Positions 57,168-64,000 of a DNA stretch of 64,000 nucleotides are shown here, in pieces. This DNA comes from Candidatus Hodarchaeota archaeon. GTDB taxonomy: Archaea > Asgardarchaeota > Lokiarchaeia > Sigyniarchaeales > SOKP01. The notes beneath the pieces are model-generated. The model saw only the letters and a program-made list of their open reading frames with translations. It made no database searches and was not told the DNA's origin. The DNA lies in contig JBHLKM010000006.1 in assembly GCA_048886685.1 (NCBI GenBank), forward strand, positions 32,001 to 96,000, given 5' to 3'. Every line of letters starts with the position of its first letter. Positions within the stretch are counted from its first letter, which is position 1. The position numbers were made by a program, and so were the translations under genes.

Positions 57168-58583
57168 ATGTTGAAAAACACCTCAGAAATGGATATTTTT
57201 TTTAACCCTAAGACAGTAGCAATAATAGGAGCATCAGAAAAACCAAAGTTTGGTGTAGGAACAACAACCTATCTTCTAAATTCTAAGTTTAAGACTTATC
57301 CAGTTAATATAACCAGCGATACTATTTTTGGTCATAAAGCTTATAAAAGTGTTAAGGATATACCAGATCACATTGATTTAGCTATAATAATCGTTAGTAA
57401 TGAATTCGTACTTCAATCCGTAAAAGACTGTGTTGAAAAAAGAGTAAAAGGAATAATTATAGAATCAGCTGGATTTGCGGAAACAGGTACAGCAAAATAT
57501 GCAAAAATACAAAATGAAATCGAATCGATAGCAAAAGTATCAAAAATCCGTATTATCGGACCAAATTGTATAGGGCTAACAAATTTTCATAATGAATTTA
57601 CAACATCAGACATGGATTTTGAACAAGCAATAAAAGGTGATATTGCTGTTATAGCCCAATCGGGTGTATTAGGAAATGTATTTATTGATTGGGCTAACAG
57701 TCAAGGGATTGGTTTTTCAAAAGCAATAACGATTGGGAATAAAGTTGATGTTGACGAAGTTGATCTTTTAGAATATTTAAATGAAGATCCTGAAACAAAA
57801 GTAATAGCTCTTTACTTGGAAGGAACAAAAAGAGGTAAACTACTAAAACAAGCACTAGGAAAGATGACAAAACCAGTATTAATTCTTAAAAACGGGAGAA
57901 GTGATATTGGGTCTAGAGCGGTTAATAGTCATACAGGTTCAATAGCGGGGAATGACCGGATTTACGATGCTCTATTCAACCAATACTCAAATGTATTTAG
58001 AGTTGATAACTTTTATGAATTGTTTAATATTGCCCAAGTTTTTGCCACACAGCCTTTATTGAAAGGAAAAAACGTAGCAATTGTTACTGGTTCAGGAAGT
58101 TTAGGCGCTTTAGCCTGCGATGAAATCGAAAAGCAAGAGTTGAAGCTTGCTAATTTAGAAAAAACTACTATTGAAAAAATAAAATCTGTTATCCCAAATT
58201 GGGTATCAATCGGAGGAACCATTGATTTAGGACCCTCGATGTTTCAGACATTTATACCTTCTATTAAGGCAATTTTTCAAGATAATAATGCGGACTGTAT
58301 ATTATATATTTTTTCTGTACCAAGAGTACCCCTCCAAAGAATGGCTACATTTGCATTAGAGGGAATCAGAGAACAATTTACTGTTTTGAAACAAACTGCT
58401 GAGAAATTTAAAAAACCTTGTATTATTGTTTGTTTTGGTTCAAGATGGGTATTTGACTTTGTACGTGAAGCAGCAGCTCATTCTGGATCAAAACTAATTA
58501 TTCCCATCATGACTAGAATAAATCAAGCAATAAAAGCTTTCAAAATGATGTATAACTACAACTTTTCGCTCCAAAGTGAATAA
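57168..58583 (+). CDS. ADP-forming acetate/acyl-CoA ligase alpha subunit
   Basis: FFNPKTVAIIGAS, YPVN, IIGPNCIG, AQSG, GNKVD, SHTGSIAG (phospho-His). Confidence 0.9.
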   Translation: MLKNTSEMDIFFNPKTVAIIGASEKPKFGVGTTTYLLNSKFKTYPVNITSDTIFGHKAYKSVKDIPDHIDLAIIIVSNEFVLQSVKDCVEKRVKGIIIESAGFAETGTAKYAKIQNEIESIAKVSKIRIIGPNCIGLTNFHNEFTTSDMDFEQAIKGDIAVIAQSGVLGNVFIDWANSQGIGFSKAITIGNKVDVDEVDLLEYLNEDPETKVIALYLEGTKRGKLLKQALGKMTKPVLILKNGRSDIGSRAVNSHTGSIAGNDRIYDALFNQYSNVFRVDNFYELFNIAQVFATQPLLKGKNVAIVTGSGSLGALACDEIEKQELKLANLEKTTIEKIKSVIPNWVSIGGTIDLGPSMFQTFIPSIKAIFQDNNADCILYIFSVPRVPLQRMATFALEGIREQFTVLKQTAEKFKKPCIIVCFGSRWVFDFVREAAAHSGSKLIIPIMTRINQAIKAFKMMYNYNFSLQSE

Positions 58584-58722
58584 AGTAATTATTTTAAGGA
58601 ATTTCACTTAAAATTTTTCCTTTTTTTTCTTTAAATCCTTAAACTACAAGTTTTAAAAATTGGACTCCAAATTTTTTTAATTTGAGTAAGATCACATTTT
58701 AATTAAAAAAAAATAATAAAAA

Positions 58723-59244
58723 TTGAGTGATAGAGAAATGAATGAAGTAAGTATTTTTGGTGTACCATGGGAAGAAATTGTGAATTGGTATATAGCTCAA
58801 CCTTTATATGGACAAATCCTGGTATTAATAGGTGTATTCGCAGTATTAGCATTAGCAGTTGTTATTGTTTATTATGTCCTAAAGGGAGTAGCTTATTTAG
58901 TATATTACGTTATTAAGGGAATTTATTACCTTTTGAAAGGAATTGGATTGCTATTCTACAAGATATTTGAAGGTTTATATTATGCCATTTCAGGGAAACC
59001 AAAACCTCAACCAGCACCAACCCAAGATCAACAGTCGCTGCCTCAAATTGAAAAGGAACCAGAACCAATAGTTCCTGTTCAGAGAACATATCAAACAGTA
59101 CTCTCTGATGTGGCCTTTTGTAGTGAATGTGGTAGTAAATTCTCAGATTCAATGGTTCAAACCTTATCTAGTAAAGGATTTGTTTATTGTATCCATTGTG
59201 GGAAAGGTTTTCAAGCCAATTCAATGAAAATTGAATCCCAATAA
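58723..59244 (+). CDS. Membrane protein with a periodic aromatic helix, Pro/Gln linker and zinc ribbon
   Basis: TM helix, then YYVLKG..YYVIKG.YYLLKG repeats; FCSECG...YCIHCG. Confidence 0.7.
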   Translation: MSDREMNEVSIFGVPWEEIVNWYIAQPLYGQILVLIGVFAVLALAVVIVYYVLKGVAYLVYYVIKGIYYLLKGIGLLFYKIFEGLYYAISGKPKPQPAPTQDQQSLPQIEKEPEPIVPVQRTYQTVLSDVAFCSECGSKFSDSMVQTLSSKGFVYCIHCGKGFQANSMKIESQ

Positions 59245-59363
59245 TTTCTTAATTTTCTTTTTTTTGATTTTTTTATAATTAGGAACAAAAATAAATAATA
59301 AACTTATAGTTGAATTTCTTCTTTTCTTGATTAAATCTTTTCTTTAAAAAATTTATGATTTAA

Positions 59364-60695
59364 ATGAACCCCAACATAAGAATTGTTTTAATTGGAGCAG
59401 GGAGTGCAGCTTTTGGTCCTCCAACTTTAATGGATTTAACTTCGAGTAAAGTGTTATCTGGATCTACAATAGTGCTCCATGATATCGACAAAGTAAAATT
59501 AGAAAGAGTCTATGATATTGTTTTCAAAGAAAATGAAATAATGGGGAATAGATTTTTTATTGAAAAGACGATACACAGAAAAACAGCAATAAAAGATGCT
59601 GATTTCGTTATAGTGGCAATAGAAAATGGTGATAGATTTCCATTACGAAGACAAGATAACGCAATTCCACGGAAACATGGCTCAACTGAAATGATGGCTG
59701 AAAATGGGGGTCCAGGGGGTTTTTTTCATTCAGCTCGTCAAATACCTGAACATGTAAGAATTGGACAAGATATGATGAAATATTGTCCTGATGCTTTTCT
59801 GATAGTCTATTCTAACCCTATATCAAGAATTTGCTTAGCTCTTAAAAGAACTGTTCCAGATTTAAAATTAGTGGGATTATGCCATCAAATTGAACTTTTA
59901 ACAAAACATCATTTATCAGATATGTTAGATAAAAGGAAAAGTGAAATAAAAGTAATCACAGGTGGTTTAAATCATTTTGGATTTTTATTAGGACTAGAAG
60001 ATTTATCAACTGGAAGAGATCTATTACCTGAATTTAACATGAAATGCATGGAATATTTTAAAGATAAATGGCATAGATTTCATTTTGCTGACCTTACATT
60101 TGAATTATATAAAAGGACTGGATACTTCTGCTATGCCGGAGATAATCATGTTTGTGAATATTTACAAATTGGTTCTCAGCATACTAAAATTGAAGATATA
60201 CTTGATTGGTTGGATTTAATGGAATCAGGCAAAATTGCTGTAAATAAATGGTTAAAGGGATATTTTAACCGACTAAAGAAAGGAAGATATCCTGAAAAAG
60301 GGATATTGTTATCTGCTCATTCTGAGGAACGAGGTATTCCTATCATTGAGGCAATTCTTACAAATCGTAATCCATATGAGATGGCAATAAATATTCCAAA
60401 TGACGGAATAATTGATAATCTTCCTCAGGATCTTATTGTAGAATGTTCTGCATATGTTAATAAAGATGGTTTTCAAGGAGTGAAACTTGGAACAATTCCA
60501 AAAACTATTGCTGCTTTATTACAGATTGAAGCATCCATACAAGATGTCTGTGTAGAAGCTATTTTAAAGGAATCAAAGGAACTTGCTATAGCGTGCCTTG
60601 CTATGGATGTTAATTGCGGGAGTTTTGAGATGGCTGAAGCGATATTCAATGAGATGAATAGGATTCAAAAAAAGCTTCTGCCCAAATTTAAGTAA
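59364..60695 (+). CDS. Glycoside hydrolase family 4 (NAD+/Mn-dependent alpha-galactosidase/glucosidase)
   Basis: IGAGSAAF, ENGGPGG, YSNP, GLCH, GLNH. Confidence 0.9.
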   Translation: MNPNIRIVLIGAGSAAFGPPTLMDLTSSKVLSGSTIVLHDIDKVKLERVYDIVFKENEIMGNRFFIEKTIHRKTAIKDADFVIVAIENGDRFPLRRQDNAIPRKHGSTEMMAENGGPGGFFHSARQIPEHVRIGQDMMKYCPDAFLIVYSNPISRICLALKRTVPDLKLVGLCHQIELLTKHHLSDMLDKRKSEIKVITGGLNHFGFLLGLEDLSTGRDLLPEFNMKCMEYFKDKWHRFHFADLTFELYKRTGYFCYAGDNHVCEYLQIGSQHTKIEDILDWLDLMESGKIAVNKWLKGYFNRLKKGRYPEKGILLSAHSEERGIPIIEAILTNRNPYEMAINIPNDGIIDNLPQDLIVECSAYVNKDGFQGVKLGTIPKTIAALLQIEASIQDVCVEAILKESKELAIACLAMDVNCGSFEMAEAIFNEMNRIQKKLLPKFK

Positions 60696-60762
60696 AACCT
60701 TCATAAATTTTTACCTCTGGTTATTTTCAAAGTATTTTATCCAAAAAGATTAAAATATAAAA

Positions 60763-62145
60763 GTGATAATTTTTATCTCATTACTATTTACAAAAAAGGT
60801 TAAGGATATGAGAAGTAAAAATTTGAAATCAATATTAGTGTTTTCAGTCATTATTAATCTTGCTCTTTTAGGAATATTTTTAATTCCAAGAAGCTTTGGC
60901 GCTCCTTTGCCAAAAACTTCAAGTATTGGAATTGATGGGATTATAACTGAAGAGGAATGGTCGAATGCGGATTGGAATATATCTTTTTATCTAGATGTTA
61001 ATAATACAGCAGATTGGAACGGAAAAATTAATGTTGATGGGAATAACACTATGTACCTTGGACAAGATAGAAGTAATCTTTATATTGCACTTGATCTTTG
61101 GTGTGATAGATCTGATAACTCAACTGAAGAATGGGTTGGTGTATGGTTAAATACGATAAATAGAACTTTCAGTGACCCTATAGAATGGATGGGTTATCTA
61201 AATGACGGTGCAGAATCATTAATCCACAATGTAGAAACAGACCAACCTTGGGATCCGTTTAAAGATTATGATACAGGTTATACTCAGTATTTGGAAGATG
61301 ATAATGCATATACATCCATATATGGAGAAACTGAAGGAACTTGGAGTAACTTCCAATATTTTTTCCAACCTGACTTCAATATTACTTCCGAATTAGTAAA
61401 TTCAGATCACTTATATAGATTAGATTTTTCAATTGATATAGATGACTGGTTTCCCTATTTTGAAGTGTATGATGTGATTCAAGGAATGGAAGTTGATATA
61501 CGTACTAAATCAAATATTACTATAGATAATCATGACATTATTTTTTGGTATAATGATGGATCAATGCCCCCAATGACAGATAGTGATCAAGTTAAGCCTT
61601 TAAATAAAGGAACTTCTTACCAAACGGAAGGGATTTCCTATGGTATGGGAAATTTGACGGCTGATCACATATTCAAGTTTAGTCTGTTCGGAAATCATTC
61701 AAATCCTTTCACGATTAACTTGGATATTTTGACCTTTGCATTCTTCTTAAATGCGAGTAATTGGCCAGGCCTCGTTGGGTGGCCACTTTCCTCAATAAAA
61801 AATTATCAAATAGAGTGGGGATTCGGACCAAGTCCCGGGAATACAACAGACCATCGCATGTTTGAAATATCAATACCTAAAAGCGAACTTGAGCGTTATA
61901 AATCTAACACAGAATTGGGTATTGTTGTTGGGGGGTATGGTACTATGGCAATTGTGGGAACAAACTGGTGGGTTTTTTCAAAAGTAAACCATTACGTTCC
62001 ATATATGGATAGCTCTCAATATAATTATTACAAAATGGTAGGCATCCCTTCCAAAGCGATTCCAGGATTCAATATTCTCTTAATATTAGCAACTATGGGC
62101 TTAATTTCGATAGTTATCTTTAAAAAAGAGTCAAAAAAGTTTTAA
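60763..62145 (+). CDS. Surface protein with split DOMON/CBM9-like domain and IPGF-TM-basic sorting tail (start probably the ATG at ~60808)
   Basis: Signal anchor, IDGIITEEEW..A, NLYIAL, HRMFEISIP, IPGFNILLILATMGLISIVIFKK. Confidence 0.72.
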   Translation: MIIFISLLFTKKVKDMRSKNLKSILVFSVIINLALLGIFLIPRSFGAPLPKTSSIGIDGIITEEEWSNADWNISFYLDVNNTADWNGKINVDGNNTMYLGQDRSNLYIALDLWCDRSDNSTEEWVGVWLNTINRTFSDPIEWMGYLNDGAESLIHNVETDQPWDPFKDYDTGYTQYLEDDNAYTSIYGETEGTWSNFQYFFQPDFNITSELVNSDHLYRLDFSIDIDDWFPYFEVYDVIQGMEVDIRTKSNITIDNHDIIFWYNDGSMPPMTDSDQVKPLNKGTSYQTEGISYGMGNLTADHIFKFSLFGNHSNPFTINLDILTFAFFLNASNWPGLVGWPLSSIKNYQIEWGFGPSPGNTTDHRMFEISIPKSELERYKSNTELGIVVGGYGTMAIVGTNWWVFSKVNHYVPYMDSSQYNYYKMVGIPSKAIPGFNILLILATMGLISIVIFKKESKKF

Positions 62146-62482
62146 TTTTTAATTCTCCATTTTTTTGCAATTTAAGAATTCAATTTGATGATATTGGGAA
62201 TTATATTTTAAATGAAATTGATTTAAATACCAATTTTGTGTTTTAATAAAATATAGAATAAGGTTAGGAAAATTCCTTCTTACCTGAAAACAATCTCCTT
62301 ACATCAACCACATTTTTGGGATTTTCTACCTTTTCTTTCTTATTTCTTACCTTTCTACTCATACAAAATTATAGAACTCTCTCTAAATTTAAAAATAATT
62401 ACTATTAAATATCCTAGTATCTTACATTATAATTATCGAATTTTTTAAACTAGAAAAATATTCTTAACGAAAATGATCAAAA

Positions 62483-64000
62483 ATGACTCAAGAAATTACT
62501 GAAAAAAGCCCATATGCTTCAAAAATATGGCTAAAATCATATGATGATCATGTTAAGCCCGAGTTTGACTTTGAATTAATCTCTTTAGCTGAGATGATGA
62601 AAAACTCCGTTAAAGAATTCCCAGATAGTCTGTGTTATGATTTTCAAACGGAAAAAGTTACATTTCAAGAAGCAGAAAGGCAAGTTATTAGTTTTGCTAA
62701 CTTTCTTGTAGAGAATGATTTGAAAAAGGGAGATAGAGTAGCTATTATGTTACCTAATCTTCCCCAATATTTCATTGGGTTGTGGGGGACCTTCTATGCT
62801 GGATGCACTTCAACAGGTATGAATTTTCTTTTACAAGTACCTGAAATTATATATCAATTAAAAGATAGTGGTGCCGTAGCATTATTAACACTTGATTCTT
62901 TTTATGAGGAAAAAGTGAGAACAGCTCTAGAAACGGGGAAAACTGATGTTAAAATTGTAATAACCACGAATGTAGCAGATGTTTTAAGTATTGATGAAAC
63001 TATGAAAGAGCAATTAATTAAAATAGGAAGAGTACCTTTCGGGGAAGTAATACCAATTGATAATATTAGATTTTTTAATTTTAAAGAAATATTGAATAAC
63101 TACCCAAATGATAAAGCTCCTTTAGTTGAAAGTGATCCCAAAAATGATATTGCTTTCTTACAATACACAGGTGGAACTACGGGTCCACCAAAAGGTGCTA
63201 TTCTCACCCACGAGAATATTTTATATAATATTAAACATACATTTAATTGGTTTGAACCAGGTGCACATATAGGTCAAGATATGTATATGTCTGGCTTTCC
63301 ATTTTTCCATTTAGCAGGGATGTCGCTAAATTATGCGGCAGTACACTCAGCCGCCGCACAAATATTTATACCTGATCCAAGAGATACTACTTATTTTATC
63401 AATAAATCAAAGCAATATCAAGATAAAATCAATTTGTTAGCTAATGTTCCTACTCTATATTTAATGCTCATGGCTGACCGTAAATTTAAAAGGGTAAAGT
63501 TTCGAGATGACGTAGGATTTATATCGGGTGCTGCTCCTTTCCCTTCAGAAAGCATAATGGAGTTCGAAGAGATTATGGGCAAAGAAAAGGTCATAGAATG
63601 CTACGGCATGACTGAGGCTTCTCCAATTGTCACTTTTAATCCTTATCTTGGGCCTAAGAAAATTGGAACCGTAGGGATACCTGTATCAAATACCGATGTT
63701 AAAATAGTTAGTATTGAGGATGGGATAACTGAGGTTCCCTTGGGTGAACCTGGTGAGATTGTTATTAAGGGACCTCAAATTTTTAAAGGGTATTGGAATA
63801 AACCAGAAGAAACAAAGCACGCTCTTAGAGATGGATGGTTTTATTCAGGAGATGTTGGTGTGATGGATGAGGATGGTTATATCACAATTATTGACCGTAC
63901 AAAAGACATGATAAATGTTAGTGGCTATAAAGTTTTTAGTGTAGAAGTTGATGATAAAATGAATAAACATCCGGCAATCGAATTATGCGCTAGTATAGGT
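62483..64000 (+). CDS. Long-chain fatty-acid--CoA ligase (truncated by the window end)
   Basis: Manual translation MTQEITEKSPYASKIWLKSYD..., LQYTGGTTGPPKGA, ECYGMTEASP, SGDVG, IDRTKDMI. Absent from the ORF track because it has no stop in the window. Confidence 0.92.
   Translation, partial: MTQEITEKSPYASKIWLKSYDDHVKPEFDFELISLAEMMKNSVKEFPDSLCYDFQTEKVTFQEAERQVISFANFLVENDLKKGDRVAIMLPNLPQYFIGLWGTFYAGCTSTGMNFLLQVPEIIYQLKDSGAVALLTLDSFYEEKVRTALETGKTDVKIVITTNVADVLSIDETMKEQLIKIGRVPFGEVIPIDNIRFFNFKEILNNYPNDKAPLVESDPKNDIAFLQYTGGTTGPPKGAILTHENILYNIKHTFNWFEPGAHIGQDMYMSGFPFFHLAGMSLNYAAVHSAAAQIFIPDPRDTTYFINKSKQYQDKINLLANVPTLYLMLMADRKFKRVKFRDDVGFISGAAPFPSESIMEFEEIMGKEKVIECYGMTEASPIVTFNPYLGPKKIGTVGIPVSNTDVKIVSIEDGITEVPLGEPGEIVIKGPQIFKGYWNKPEETKHALRDGWFYSGDVGVMDEDGYITIIDRTKDMINVSGYKVFSVEVDDKMNKHPAIELCASIG

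Noticed and set aside
686-59152. Numerous 60-145 aa ORFs antisense to or nested in longer genes
   Set aside because: They are shadow ORFs of well-supported genes and have no motifs of their own.

Overview
AT-rich archaeal chromosomal window, most consistent with an Asgard archaeon of the Lokiarchaeia type. Support comes from archaeal GluRS, rpS8e, SRP19, a proteasome beta subunit, an HMf-type histone, a longin-domain protein, IPG[YF]-TM-basic C-terminal sorting tails and many acyl-CoA ligases. The window holds about 50 CDS, tRNA-Arg(GCG), tRNA-Pro(GGG) with a non-canonical 30-nt intron, and three pseudogene remnants. No CRISPR array, rRNA, transposase or integrase is visible. Most notable are several candidate eukaryote-like proteins: (i) two tandem stand-alone proteins resembling the beta-COP/adaptin appendage (Ig-like sandwich plus platform) with a C-terminal zinc ribbon; (ii) a longin plus winged-helix protein whose C-terminus resembles the GATOR1 subunit NPRL2; (iii) a 1468-aa membrane-anchored protein combining a prenyltransferase-type barrel, coiled coils and three PCI-like winged helices; (iv) a C13 (GPI8/legumain-like) peptidase next to a C-terminally anchored surface protein. 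In addition, a ~2-kb higher-GC DUF285 surface-protein cassette has inserted into the 3' end of psmB and left a displaced ~82%-identical copy of that 3' end. All homology calls come from reading motifs by eye and from recalled family sequences; no database searches were run.
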